Of a DNA stretch of 64,000 bases, positions 25,465-39,529 are shown in pieces. Positions within the stretch are counted from its first letter, which is position 1. The number at the start of each line of letters is the position of its first letter. Both the position numbers and the translations under genes were made by a program. Under the pieces are notes generated by a model. That model did not search any database. It saw only the letters and a list, made by a program, of their open reading frames with translations, and was not told the origin of the DNA. The DNA comes from Monocercomonoides exilis PA203 (Eukaryota; Protista; Preaxostyla), in contig LSRY02000043.1 in NCBI GenBank assembly GCA_001643675.2, positions 248,001-312,000 on the forward strand, given 5' to 3'.

Positions 25465-26368
25465 ACACCCTTCCCTCATCAACTCATAACAATATTTTAT
25501 TAAAAGTTTTCATTTCGGCATTATAATTTTCTTACACTTTTACAATTGTTTATTTTATTTCGTTATGATTGTTTTTTTTCCCCCCACTTTCAATGCTGAC
25601 TGTAATTTGTTTTTTTGGTATTTTGTTTATGTATTTTCCATAATATCCATTTTTATTGCTGATGTATGTTCATCTTGGGAATATACATGTGGAGCGATTT
25701 TGAATCTGTCAAATTGTCATTATCTTTTCTTCCCCTTCTATCTATGTATGTTCGTTCTATAGTTGTTTTATCCTTTTCCAACTTCCATTTTTGTTGAAAG
25801 CTGCAAATATAAAGAATATAATTTTGTTTATTTTATCTTAATTTCTTAATTTCATTTGGATAATATCTTATTTTAAAGATTTTATAATTGAAAATGTTTG
25901 AAGTTTTCAACTGACAAGCAATTCTATGTTTTTGAAGGAGCTTTAATCTGCAACCATTTTATTCTTGCAGATTATTGCAAATTTCCTAAACTCTGACATT
26001 TCATTTGGATTATGTATTTTTTTTTTTTTTTACAATTTTTTGTCTATGTTTTAATTTTCATCTTTCAAACAATAAAATATGAGTTCACTCTAAACTTAAA
26101 CAAAAATTTTTGAACTGTTGAAAAACCTTCCAACAAAATATCTTGGAAAATTTGCAATTAATCTAAACATTTCCAACAATTCTTTTATTTAAATTACACA
26201 TGACTTGTGTGCAAAATACATAAATATGAAACATACACTTTTTTTGAAAAAAAAACAATTACATCCCTTATTAAAAACTCCACAAAAAAATCCTTCTTCC
26301 AAAAATAAAAAAATAACTTGAAAAAGATAATTTACCGGTTCATATTAAAAATTCTCCTTTCCCAGCAA

Positions 26369-26442
26369 GGGCTAGTGGCTCAATTGGATAGAGCACCTGA
26401 CTACGGATCAGGAGGTTGCAGGTTCAAGTCCTGCCTAGCTCG
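26369..26442 (+). tRNA. tRNA-Arg (anticodon ACG)
   Basis: Acceptor stem GGGCTAG/CTAGCTC; D-arm GCTC-AATTGGATA-GAGC; anticodon arm CCTGA-CTACGGA-TCAGG; T-arm GCAGG-TTCAAGT-CCTGC; downstream T-run. Confidence 0.97.
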
Positions 26443-26502
26443 TTTCTTTTACATTCATTTTTCATCAAAATGTTGTATTTGCAAAATGAGAATAATATCT
26501 GT

Positions 26503-29500
26503 TCACTTTATGATTCCAATTTTTTTCGCGTTTTCAGACCATCCAACGTACATCTGTAATAGTCTTGTTTGATTTAGCTCCTTCAACTTTTGAATAGCTT
26601 CGTTGAGGTTATCTTGATTTATCTCTTCCATTAATAATTTGTTACACAACATTTTTAACCTTGCGTCATTAAACTGAACGGCTTTCGCATGTAGTTCAAT
26701 AATGGCAATTGGATTGTTAGAATTTGGAGGAGATGCATTTTTTAATGTCAGAGTTTCAGAGCAATCTTTTTCATCTCTTTCATCATCTTCGCATGCTGAC
26801 ATTTGCTTCGATTTAATTGATTGTATTTCTTCACAATTTGTTTCTTCTTCTATCAAAGCTTCCATTTTTGCAAGTTCAACTTCCCAAATTTCTTCTTCTT
26901 CTTCAAAATCCTCATTCCCTTCCATTTTCGCTTCAACCTCATTGCCTTCAGCAGCAGTACTAAAAGTGCTATTTTCTTCTCCAATTTCCTTTTCCTTTTT
27001 CATCTCCCTCAGCTTGTTCCACCTCAGTACGCTCTTCAACAAAGTTCGCTCCGTCTCCAATCTCCACACAAAAATCGGAGGTATCAGCCAGTCTGTGTAT
27101 AAATAGCCAAACAAAGCTGCTGTCCCTTCCTTCGACAGGCCCAGCGGCTGCGTACGCTCTTTCACAGCAGCCTCGCGTGTGCGGATGAGATGCTTCAAAC
27201 GAGATATCAGATCTTTCACCTCCTTCGTCTTCACTGGCTGAGGAGGTGATGTGAATCCCACTGAAGCCGCTGGATAAGAAGCATGCTGAGAAGATCTCGG
27301 AGATTTCATCGGTGAAATAGCAGAGTTCAGTTCAGCTGCATTCTTGTGTGAAGGAGAGCTGCTCTTCTGTGAGCCGACGCTCAGTGAATCAGCCTCCTTC
27401 TGTCGCTTCAACTTCCACAGTGCAAGTGTCTCGTCTCTCTCCTTCAGCGCCAGCCACTCTTTTCTCAGCGCGGCAAGCGCAGTTGGATCTTCTCTGTGTG
27501 TCAGCGACGGCTTCAGCCATTCCGCCCGCCCAGTCAGCAACCAGCTGTGGCAGAGCAGCAGGCGGTGCCCGTCTGCATTCAGCACACAGTCACAGGTCTC
27601 TTCGTCTCCCATGATTGACAGCAGGTTGACACCCAACGAAGACACACCAATAGACGCAAGAGACGAAGGGACAAGAGTCTCCTTCAGGAGAAGTCGCTGG
27701 GAAAGGGACAGTGTGTGGCTTTTGCTGTCAGACGAAGGAGAAGACTCAGTTTCAGACTGAGAAGAGGAAGATGAGGAAGAAGTTTCTTCTGCGTCTTTGG
27801 ATTCACTAAGTTTTGTGGAGCATTCAGAGCAGTTAGAATATTGATTTGGAGTTGATTCAACTAGTGACGAAGAAATCTGTTGAGGTGTTGAAAGGTTATA
27901 AAATGCGATATGGCCCGAAGAAGAAATGACTGATGGAGATGAAGACGATGAAGAAGAAGAGAATGACAATCGAGATGGAGACAAAGCGGATGAAGGTGCA
28001 GATAATGACGGATTAGAAGTTGCTAGTGGAGTATGGAAGTCAGCTGCAGATGAAGAGAGTGAAGCATCAGATGTCAGAGAAGGATGAAGAGGTGTGCTGA
28101 GCGCCGAATGAAGAGCATCAGGTATCTTCTTTGTTTCAGAGGATGCGCAGGACAACAAATCCGAAGGAGCCCCCGGAGAAAATGTGTCATTATTACAATT
28201 GCCATCAGCATTCTCTGATCTCATCTCCACAAGCTCGAATGACAGAGTGGGTGGTGTGGCCAGTGTGCTCTTTGTGGTGGCTGTCTGCAAGGAGCGGTTG
28301 AGAACAGGCACAGCCGTCTGAGACTCATTCACAGACAGAAACGAGTCAGCAGACGAAAAGCCATTCCCTTTTTCTTCTTCACTCACATTCTTCTCTTCGC
28401 TTTGGGTGTTTGTATTATCAGAGCTTCCATCGCTGTCGCATTCAGCTGGCTTTTTGACTGATTTTTCATTCGGAAGATGCGCAAGTGGAATTACTTCAGA
28501 TTTTTCACTCGTTTCATCAACAGATGCGATGATGTACTCATCCTGGGTGCTGACCGAAGTTCCGTCTTCTGTTGCATAAGACGGCTGGCTTCCTTTTCTT
28601 CCAATAGCAATTGGATCTCCAGCTGTCACTGTTGTGTGTGCTTTTGCCTCGTCAAACACGCTGCAAGAAACTTTCCCAGTCGAATTGTCTTCACCCTGAA
28701 TCTGACTGCTTCCAGTCTTTGAGGGATGTTTTTTAGCTTTCAGGTGCTCTGCTTCATCTGCTTGCCAAGTGTGTGACGGAGAGCCCATTTTTTGAGAGAA
28801 ATTGACTGAAAAAGGTTGAAACGAACTGAACTCAGGGAAAGACAGTGGAATCTGAGAAGAAGGCTTGCGATATGTTTGTGTTGAGTACAAATTGGAGGAA
28901 GTGGCAGCTGGATGTTGTGAAGGATACAATTCAACAGGCAACATGGTGTCAGGTACAGATGAATGAATCGCGCTGAGCAAACTTGGTGGAACAGCAGGCA
29001 GAGTGAAAGAGTGTGTGATGTCGCATCCATCAGACAAAACAGACGAGGAAGTGAGCTTTTCAAAGCTGAGCGCAGTTCCCATCTGAAGAGGAGGGCTCTC
29101 ACGGCTGTTTCGCGATGAATTGTTGAATGGAGAGGAAGAAAGAGAAGGAGGCAAGCTGCTGAGAACAGACTGTTGTGAAGAAGGAGCGGAGGAAGAGGAG
29201 AGCGAGTCATTTGTCTGAGTGCACGATGGGAAAGCAGATAGTGGAATGCTCAGCGGTGGAGTGGGTGGCTTCCGCTGATGGGTTGACTCTATCTTTTCTG
29301 TGCTTGTCAGAGTGTTGAATGCAGCAGAATCTTCAGAAGGTGTTTGAAGTGAAGGAGAAGAAGTCAGATTTGGAACACTGCCATCTCCAGAAAACACGGA
29401 AAATTTGGTGGTCGGCTCCAAATAGCTGTATATCTTGTCAGAAGAGGCAGAGTAGATAAAACTAGCCGAGGACTTGGCGTTTGCCAGCTCTGCTCGTTTG

Positions 29501-30978
29501 GCCTCTTGCTTGGTGAGGCGGCGATAAAGTTGCGCGAGGATGATTGATTTGATGCCAGGCACAACACTGTTTGGCGAGACAAAACGATGCGTATGGACAT
29601 TCTGCCCGGAACTAGAACTCACATCATCATGTTGCTTTCCATCTGCTTTGTTGCTGGGCTCGTCTATATCTTCTGTGTCCTCTCCATCAACAGCTGGCGG
29701 AAGCTTCACTTCTTCCCAACCTGCTCTGCCCAGCCGCTCTTCAACTAATGCACACACCCCGTGGCTCTTCCAGTACAAAGGCAGAAGATACACATCACCA
29801 TCACACAGCAGCGTATCTGCTCCTCCGTGAATGAACAGACAGTCGTCCACAATTCCGCTTACATGGCCGGATCTAACAGTGAAGCACATGAAAATGAGAT
29901 GGTTAGAAGAAGAGGAAAATAAAAAGAAGGAAACAAAAAATAGACAAATGATACAAAATCATAAAAAATAAAAATGCTGCAGTGTAATACGATTTATTAA
30001 ACCTTTGTGATGGAAAACTTCCCATTGCAATTACAGGGCTCCAGACGTTAGTTTTTATGTTGTATTCCCAAAGATCATTCATCTTCTTCTCACTTTGTCC
30101 TCCAAACAAATACAATCTGCTGTTGTATGCAACAAGTGAGTGGGAAAAACGACGACATGGAATACTTCCTTTAGTAATAATCTTTGTCCACGCCATTGTT
30201 GGCAGATGAAGGCGATACATTGCTTCAGAAACTGCCTTGTAATTTAAAAGGGATCGTTGTTCCACTAATGAGCCTCCAAAAACAAACATGTCATCATCAA
30301 CAAGAGCTGCAGCATGCATGTACATGGGCGGTGGTATGTTTGGATCATTCGTACAATTTCCATATTTTGCATTAGTCCATTTGCGTTCATCTGATAACAA
30401 TAAAAAAAGAAAACAAAAATAAGATTGCGAAAAAATTGCTAAAAATCAACACATACAGAGATTAAAAAGATGAAGGTCATTAAAAAGTACTTTTTCTTGG
30501 CTATGGCCACCGAAAATCACAAGGTTTTCTTTCCAAGCAACTGCAGAATGCGAACTTCTTGGCTGAGGAGGTGTTCCAGAACCACGAATTTGCGTACATG
30601 TTCCATCACACAAATTATAATCCCAAAGCTCGTTTATCCTCACAGCAAAATCCTTTCCTCCAAAAATATATTGATGACAACCAAATAAAGTCGATGTGTG
30701 AGAATATCTTCTTGTTGGCTTAGCCGTTTGACATACAGCCTCCCCAGTTTCTATTTCACATATAGATTTATTATTTTATTTTTTTAAAATGAAAGCAGGG
30801 GTAAATATATTATTATACATTTCACACTTGGATCAATATCAAGCATAACATTAGGATTCTTTCCAAGGCCTCCATGCAAATGAATAACACCATTATACGC
30901 AACAGCAGTATGACTATTAAATGAAGTAATGGTATGTTTTGGATGCACTATTTTCCATTGCGGAATAGTCGAATGCAT
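26503..30978 (-). CDS. Kelch-repeat + BTB/POZ protein (LZTR1-like architecture) with a Ser-rich linker. Exons 30978-30828, 30750-30457, 30390-30003, 29872-26503
   Basis: About six Kelch motifs (SHTAV..LHGG, RYSHTS..IFGG, RSSHSAV..IFGG, YMHAA..VFGG, RFSHSL..LFGG, RSGHVS..IHGG). BTB elements CDCVLNADG..CHSWLLTGRAEWL, ALFGYLYTD, ELHAKAVQF..RLKMLC. Introns are in phase. Confidence 0.85.
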
Positions 30979-31038
30979 CCAATTTTTTTAAAACAATGAT
31001 CAATAAAGATCTTTATGAATATGTAACATTTTTTACAC

Positions 31039-34000
31039 ATGAGTCAAAACTTGGACAGAATTGCTCCTAGAGACCCAATGCAAGCTATACGACAGCGTCA
31101 GCAAGCTTCATTGAAAGAACCATCGAGACCTTTCACTCCTCGAGATGACTCTAGATCTCTATTTCGTTCTTCTGACTTTTCTCGTCCTGATTCTCCAAGA
31201 CGGTGTGCTTGATTTTTGTTAAATCCAAATCAAAAATTTTCAAATTCCAATTTATTATATTAGGAGTTTTTCCACTTCATCAAGGAGTCTTAGCTTGGGA
31301 AAAGCTCAGACAAGCATTTCATCTTCTTCATCTGTAGTTTCAACGCATGTACCTTCTTTTCGTTCTTTAATAGAAGGCCCTCAACGCCCATCAACACCTC
31401 TTTCTCAAATGACACATCACAATAGCATTTCATCTTCTAGAGTTGAGAATTCTTTTCAATCACCTCCACCTTCTCCAAGTCGCAGACTGAAGCCTCTTTC
31501 GCAGGACTCATCATCTCGTCCATCATCATCCAGGGCACAGAGGCAACGTTCTCTTTCTGAAACTTTTTCAACAACTTCTCTTGAACAAGAATTGCAAAAC
31601 GTATCATTAACAGAAAATATCTCATCACGCCCAAAGATATCACGTCGCCCATCACCTCAGCGAAATAGCACTAATCAAAGACGCAGCGCTATTATATCTC
31701 AAATAATGTCCGATGGAATCGGTGATTTGAATCCTAAAAGCCTTGCAGATCGACATCAATATGCATCCTCTTCAATGACTGTTCAGCCAAAGATTAGGCA
31801 ACGCAGACAACCAGTTATTGCATCCTCTTCTTCGTCTCACACTTCACTCAACAATCCACCCGAAGCTGCATCAGTGCCGTGCAATACACCTCGCGTTGCG
31901 GCAGTGTTAGAGACACCTGTGAAGAAAATTCCAATTTCTATCGGAGATGAGCATGATAAAGGAGATGCATCCAGAAACAAACGCCCAACATCAAACCTGA
32001 CACGTCATCGGCCGATGACTCCACGCACAGAAAAAGCACATTTGATTTCTAATTATCAAATGACCACTCCACAAAAGGAAGATGTTCTGCTGCCCTCAAA
32101 AGCAGAGTATGAGTCTGGTGCATCCTTCTCCAAAATCATTGGGGAAAGCATCGAACACGACTGCTCTGAGAAAGTGCGTGCCATTTTGGCTGAGGAATCG
32201 GCATTCACCCTCCTCTCCCCCGAATGGTATGACCACCTGTTTGGAGAGGAAGAAGCCGACAACGACTATGCAAACGACCCCAACACAGGCTCTTCTGGTG
32301 CACACGGACGCCAAACTTCTCTGCCTCCCCCAAATGTCACTGTTGGCCAGGCACATCGTGTTCTCGAGCTGATGCAAGCATTACGTGAAGTCTTAGATGA
32401 AGATCCGTGCTGCCTGACATTCCGCGCTGTGGAGAGGCATCTCTTTCCTCTCCTCTTTTTGACTGGCTGGAGCTTCGATGAGTCACAGAAGCAGCCTGTG
32501 ATGACTGCCTCTTCATCTGCTTCTTCTTCTTCTTCACAGAGTCAGCCAAATCGACAGGGCGCACAGAAGACGAGCAGACCAGCATCCCCCAGAAAAGGGA
32601 ACCCATCCTTGTTTTCTCGGCCAAGCACTCCTTCTTCGTCTTCCTCTTCCTCATCTCTTTCATCAACTCGTTCATCAGGCCACCTTAATGCCTCGTCTGA
32701 CCCTTCCTCTCCAGCCTCAACACAGCTCCTGTCTCGTGTTGTTCTGCGTGCATCTTCTCTTCTCATCCACACCCATCCTCCTCTGTCTGTCCTCCTCCTC
32801 ATTCTTCGAGTGCTCTTCCACCACTCCCACCGCCCACACAACGACCCGCTGTTTCGCGAGGAAAAGCTGCTGATCCCCTTTCTGATTCTCCTCGACCTGC
32901 CCCATCCGCCTGCTGAAAAATTCGATATTCTCATCTTCTGCCTCGCCACACTGAAGAACGTGACGTCCACAGACAGAATGAATGGGGAGTTTCTGATCGA
33001 TGCGGGTGTGCTGGACAGCGTCTGCACTGCAGTCGAAGGGATTGTGCTTCCTGTGGCAAGAGAGAGGAAAAGGAGAGAAGGAGAGAGAAAGTGGAAGAGG
33101 GCCCATGCAGCTGATGGAGAAAAAGATAAAGACCTCAGTGACTTAACTAATGACAGCAAGTACGATGCCTATGTAACTGATTTTTCATTAACAGACTCGG
33201 AACAGCTGATTTTGGAAGGCTCTTTCCTTTCTGATGCGTCCTCATCAGCATGTGCCTCTGAGTCAGCAGCAGACCCGTCTGTGATCGAATTTCTGGTGAC
33301 TCAGCCAACAGTGTTTGTGAACTTTCTGATCCAGCTGACAGGGCTGGTGAGGAACATCTGTACTTTCCTGCCGTCGCATCTTCCGGCTGCGCTGGCAGCA
33401 CTCGACGACGAGAGATGGACAGACGCAGACGATGCAGCTGCCAGTTGTGATGCTGCTGGAGGAGATGGAAAGGATGCTGATACAAACAGAAGTGCACGCG
33501 AAACTGGGAAGGAGAAAAGCAGTTGTAGCTATCAGAGCTCAAACATGATGCAGCCGCAGCAGAAATGTGTCCAGCTGTTTTCGAGTTATCTACCGTCGCT
33601 TCTTGCATTCACAGACGACGACATCGCATTCAACATCTCGCGAATCTTGTCGAAAGCATCGCTGGTGCGGCCTCTTGTGCGTGCAATGCAAGGACGTGGG
33701 AGAAGGGCAATAGAAAAAGACACACAAAGCAGCGATGAATCTAATGATCACAACGATAATGATTGGAGAGAGAGTGAAAGAGAGAAGAGAGATGAAGTCT
33801 CAAACGAGAACGAGGAGAACTGGATCCTTCAGGCGAATGTGCTGCTTCAGCTGGACAGAGGAATGGCTGCTCTCACTGAACCCAGCGATGCTGCTGGCAT
33901 GCCTCGCTCACTCTCGTTTATGAAGCAACCTTCACACCCTTCTCTTTCTCATTCTTCTTCTTCCTCTTCCTCTCTTCCTCCTCTCCCGTCGTCTGCTGCA

Positions 34001-36119
34001 CTTAGACTTCTGTTTGCAATCGCAAACACAACAGGCACATATTTCTCCTCACTTCCGTTCAAATCATCAGCACAGTCATCATCCACTTCCTCTTCTTGTG
34101 CTTCTTCAACCTCAGATTCTTTAAGCAACACTTCATCCCTTTCCTCCTCCTCCTCCTCCTCTTCTTCTTCTTCTTCTTCTTCGATTCCAACTGTTTCTGA
34201 GCCATCACCCTCGACTCTTCTGTTGGAATCCTCCTTCCGCGAGAGCTGGGCGGTGTGTGGAGCAGTTCCTGTGCTCTGCAGGCGCCTGCTGTTCAGCTGG
34301 CAGCGGGTGAAGGAAGCCAGAGAATCGCTCCGAACACACAGCGACCTCAGCACTGCTGGCTCCTACGGGATGATCGGCTCCTTGCAGCACCAGCCGACTG
34401 CGACTGTGCCGGGGAAGCAGAGGCCTGCGTCTGCCTCGTCACTGTTGGGGAACAAAGCAGGCAATTCTGCTGCGGCAAATGGGGCTGGCTCTGCAGCAGT
34501 GAATGTTGGCTCGCATGTTACAACACCAGAGCTGCTGGCAGCGTGTTATGACGAGCTGACGAAGACGATCAGCAGCATTGCGAATCTGAGTCTGGATGAA
34601 GAGACGAGGAAGATGTTTGAAAGGCAGAAGGCGGTGGAGTGCTTGACAGATGTGATTGTGATGCTGGTGAAGACAATGGTGGCGAGAGAGAAGGAGAAAG
34701 TTGCAAAGAAAGATATCTCTTTATCAATAGCTTCTTCTTCTTCTTCCTCTCTTTCAGTATCTAATCTATCAGCTAAATCAGAAGAATCACCGCTGAGCAG
34801 AAACGAAGAAGAGCTTCTTTTGAATGCACTTGCACTTGTTTCCAACCTCACGATAGATGCTGAGCCAGAAGCTGAAAATGTGCTTTTAGCAAATGCTGTC
34901 CCACTATCATTGTCATCAACATCGCAATCATCATCATCTTCTTCTTCTTCTTCCACATCTTCCTCTGCATCCTCTTCATCATACTCACACATTCACAGAC
35001 TCATCACAGTCACTGCCCTGCATTTGCTTCCGTCTGCGTTCAACATCGAAATAACCATCGAATCTGCTCGAATTGTAGCGAACTTGTCTCGCTTCTCGTC
35101 TGTCATCCGTTATCTGATTCAAAGCAATGGTATAATGATTAAATATTTATGTTCTTTTTGAAAACGAATGAATGCTCATTTTTTATATTTTTTCAAAAAG
35201 TGTTTTTTCCTCAACTCTTATTTGAACTTTTTTTTCTTATTTTGATTTTTAACTTTGAAATTTCTTTTTTGTTTGAAACATCCTTCAAATTAATTGGAAA
35301 AAAAAAAACATTTATTAACACATTCGTTTTCTTATTTCCTCGATTTCACAGGAGCTGAAGTGCTGGTTGCTCTTCTTCTGCATGGCTCAGAGAGTGTGCT
35401 TGTGCCTATCACAGGAGCTATTCTGAACATGCTTCAAGACAAAGAGGCAGCAGAGTGGCTGATGGAGTGGGGCAAAGAAGAGAAAGAAGGAAGCTCTGCT
35501 AATGAGACTGATGCTGAAGAGGAGAGCGAAGGTGACTCAGTGATATTTAGGTTTGTTGAAGCATATTTGTTTTATTCTTTTAAAATTGCATTGTATTTTT
35601 TTTTTAACTTCACACAAATTTGCGGGAATTCATCAAATTTTCTTTCTTATTCCTTCTTTAGGCTTCTGGACATAGTTAACGATTGCGGGCTGATGAACTT
35701 GAATCTTGTAACGCTCATATGCCAATGCTTGGAGAGCATAAAGTTTGAATTATTTCTATTTTTGCTGTTAGTTTCCTACAGCATCGTTAAATTTTTGATT
35801 TTTTTTTATTTATTCCTTTATTCTTTGTCCGTTTCATTATTTCATTGATTTTCTTTTCGTGTTTTCTTCTTCTTCTTCTTCTTCTTCTTCTTCTTCTTCT
35901 TCTTCTTCTTCTTCTTCTTCTTCTTTCAGACGCAACACTCAAAATTCACCAACAGCATCCGAAACAGACATTTGCATAGAGACTCTTGATGCGCTTATGT
36001 CGCTTGCTTCGCAGTATGAGACAGATCCACCAGACTTGATGGAAAACTTGCTGAAAGCTGCTGCTTCTGCAAAGGCTTCCTTTTCAGATAATTCAGATGA
36101 CGACTACGTCCCTTTTTGA
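31039..36119 (+). CDS. ARMC2: Armadillo repeat-containing protein 2 homologue. Introns 31203-31263, 35130-35351, 35551-35661, 35743-35929
   Basis: N-terminal SLKEPSRPFTPRD..RSLF motif and ordered ARM segments (FLIQLTGLVRN, DIAFNISRILSK, LTKTISSIANLS, EELLLNALALVSNLT, NIEITIESARIVANLSR, VLVALLLH..GAILNM) match ARMC2 as recalled. All introns are in phase. Confidence 0.8.
35863..35925 (+). repeat. (TCT)n microsatellite, ~20 units, forming the polypyrimidine tract of the last ARMC2 intron
   Basis: Pure TCT run directly upstream of the TTTCAG acceptor at 35929. Confidence 0.85.
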
Positions 36120-37298
36120 ATTGCTTTGCTTGCTTGTACAATTTGGGCTAAGAAAATAAATATTTTATCAGTGCTTGTGATTTCAAATAAAAATAGGAGA
36201 TTACATAAACATGAAAGCGAAAATTATTGCAGCTGGATTGTTCAAAAACCGTAATAATCTTTTTAGCAATATGTTTCTTTTTTTAAAGAAAATTTAATTC
36301 ATTCAGCATTGCATGCGATCCTTTATGTTTATTTCAAGCGTTTTTTATTGAGAGAATGAACCAAATTCATTAATAAAAAATAATTGCAAAATAATTGAAT
36401 TTTGTTTTTAAAGAAAAAAAAACTTTATGCCAAATATCTTTTTAATTTTCTTTTTCTTTTTCTTTTTTTATTTTTTAGTGGTTAAAACATTATTCTATGA
36501 AAACTTCAAATCTCTTTTGTAGGTTGCCAACGAAAAGCAATTCCACAGAGCACCTAATATCTCAGTTATTCCAAAGTCAACAAAGAAGAATGAGTATTTG
36601 AAAACTTCAATCTCTTTGATTTTGCGTTAGATGTCGAAGATTAAAAAGAAAAAAAGCTCTTGATTATGGTTTTCGTGTATGTTCTCCATAGAAAGTTTGT
36701 GGAATTCCTTTTCATTCAAAAAAAGTTCTATGTATATGTATCAAAAGTTAGTTTTAACAATAATTTGCGTAACTATTTTACATGTATTTACGCGCATTAA
36801 TTACATTTTTACCCTATTACTTTATTAGCTGTTTGAGTTTTAACATTTCTTTGCCTTTTATTTTGAAATATACAATTATTATTATCCATAAAATTGAAAA
36901 CGTTAAAAGTATTAAAAAAGAAAAATAAAAAATTTGCATTGAATCACCGGAGCTCTTTATAAATCCGAAGCAAACGGTTTTAACCAAATTTCTGAAACAA
37001 GTTAGCCAAGATCTTGCAAAAGAAACACATTATCTTTTAGAAAACAGCTTTCAGAATGAATAAAAGCGAGAGCTGTCAGCAGAAATAACACATGGCATCT
37101 GCAGCTTTCCCAAATCATCAATCCAACCCTTCGCAGGATCTTCTTCAAAAAGTTGTTCTGCTGATTTGGGAAAGAGAATGTGTTCTGAATATAACATCAG
37201 TTGCCTTATCAACACTTTCAAGAAAGATTCATTCATCAGCGAGAAAACAATGAAATCTCACAAAAGCACAGGCGAAAGCACACGTCCAATCCGACTCT

Positions 37299-39390
37299 TC
37301 ACTGCAGCTGTGTTGCTGTCTGTTTCAAAGGAGGAATCGAACAGATCTGAGGCGCTGGCAGCAGCGGTGGAAGTTTCTGCGGCCGAACATGAATACCAGC
37401 TGCCTGAATTCGCGAGAGAATCTTGTTCAGCTCTGCATCAGCTGAAGGAGGATATCGCTTTATTTCCTCGCCTTCTTCCGAAGCAGACGCTGGCTGGTTG
37501 CAAAAAGCAGTGGATTCGGACAGGATTACTCTTTCTGCATCGCCTTCGCACAGGCACAGCACAGCTGCTGGAAAAGAGCAAGTTTCAGGAATTGCACTTG
37601 CACCAGCAATGGAATTCTGCGCAGCACCATCAACCAAATGGAGTTGGCCATTTGGCTGTGCTACACAGCAGCAAGCATTTCGCGTTGGCATCACAGAAAC
37701 GCCAGCTTGATGTGGATGATCCGTCAAAGCTCTGCTGTTCCCCATCTCCGACTCATCTTTGCCGCATAGAAAATCCTGTTTTGGATTGGCAAAGTGAAAG
37801 GTCTCTCCAATTCTCTGATTTCCTTCATGTTTCTGGTCTGATCCTTCTTCTTCTTCTTCTTCTTCTTTTTCTTTTTCAATTTCTGCAGCATTGCTGCAAA
37901 ACGGATTTGCAAAGTCAACACTTTGCCTGCCATCGAATATTGATCTCGCATATTCGCTCTCTTCGCTGAAATCGACAGCTTTCCCTTTCCCTTCATTTAC
38001 ATCATTCGAGCTCAAAATGCCCCCTTCCGCTTCTCGATCTACCAACATGTTGTTCGTCTTGTGCTTCTCCGCATCTTCCACCCCCAACAATTTGCTCGAA
38101 AGCTCCTCCTCAGTCTGGCATTCCACCAGCGTTCTTTCCAGTGCTTGCTGTGCCTCCTTTTCCTCCAACCTTGCTTCTGCATCGCTCCACATCTTTGCCT
38201 CTTCCTCTTCTTCCACCCACGCTTTCCTCACCCACACCCCAAACCTCTTCCAGTGTTCCTTCGCCTCTTTGATCTCCTTCCGGATCCGCTTCCTCCTTTT
38301 CCGTTCCAGTTTTTCTTCTCTCATCAGCTGTCTCTTCTCCTCCTCTTCCACCCTCCCGCCTCCCACCCCAATTCCAATCGAAGAAGCAGCTGAGGTATCG
38401 TTGGCCGCTCTCCACCACTCTTCGTTCTGCTGCTTCTGCCTTTCATATTCGGCATCACTGTCCCGCCACCTCGCCACCATCCGCCCCCGCCTTCCAACCT
38501 CCTCCAGACACTCCCCTTCGACGTTGTATGTTGGAGTCCCGCTCAGCTGGCTCTTTTTCCCCAGCTTCCCTTCCAGCCCATCAGAGCTCCAATCACTTTC
38601 GCTGCTGTCTGTCTCTGCCTCCCTTTCATCGCAGCTCCATTGCTTGTGTGCATCTTTTTCTGTTTCGCTCTCCTTTCTCCCTTTCTGCTCCTTATTTTTC
38701 GCTCCGACAGCACAGCAATTGCAGCGCTTTTCTATTGCTAATCCATCATTGCTCAAAAATGGCAGCTCAAGCAAAGCCGTTTTTTGCGTGGTACTCGATT
38801 CTCCTGACTTTCTGTTTGTACACGCATCCACGCGTTGTAAAAACGGTGATTCCCAGAAGTTATGGCCCAATAAGCCAGTGCATTTCGAATGATAACTCGA
38901 TGAGTCAAGCGTAATAGAATCCTCAAAAACAGATGCTTCAGGCAAATGCTTGCCCGCTTTCAACTCTGTTGGTGTTATTGAAGCTGTAGAGCTGACGTAC
39001 GATTTTCCCTCTCCTTTGCTCTCAATAACTACGTTTTGGTCTAACTTGTCTTCTGATGAAATTTCAGCCTTTTTGGAGTTGCATGACGCTGTCGAACAGA
39101 AAAGTGCGTTGTCCCAATAAAATCTGTGGGAGGTGTTCATTTTATCCTCCATATCGCCAGATGCAGCCTCGCTCGATGCACTCGACAAAAATGCTGTTTT
39201 CCATTCTGAACTTTCTGAAACATTGAATGCGTTCTGCGTCTCTGGCAAAACACATAAAAACACTTAATCCAACAACAAAACGTTCTACAAATCATTCCAT
39301 ACCCATTGGCCACGGGGCAGTTCTGCTCCTGTTTTTCTCAATAATTCCAGCTGAAGCACAATTCGTCTCGACGCTTTTGCAGTCGTCCAA
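37299..39390 (-). CDS. Hypothetical protein, paralogue of the upstream gene; 5' end unresolved; probable intron 39302-39242
   Basis: 654-aa ORF sharing a Trp-rich charged block (IRKEIKEAKEHWKRFGVWVRKAWVEEEEEAKMWSDA) with the 39530-41653 ORF. Confidence 0.6.
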
Positions 39391-39529
39391 AAAAAAGAAA
39401 AAAGAAAGTGCAAGCAAACAGCAATTAAAGGTAATTGCTCAAAGAATGAAGCGTATTTTGAAAAGCCTTGAATGATGTGAAAACAGAAAAAAACAGAATA
39501 TTTTATTTTTTTGTGCCCACACAATTATC

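Noticed and set aside
36530-36715. Imperfect 19-bp inverted repeat (GAAAAGCAATTCCACAGAG / GTTTGTGGAATTCCTTTTC)
   Set aside because: Too short and degenerate, with no TSD or second copy in the window.
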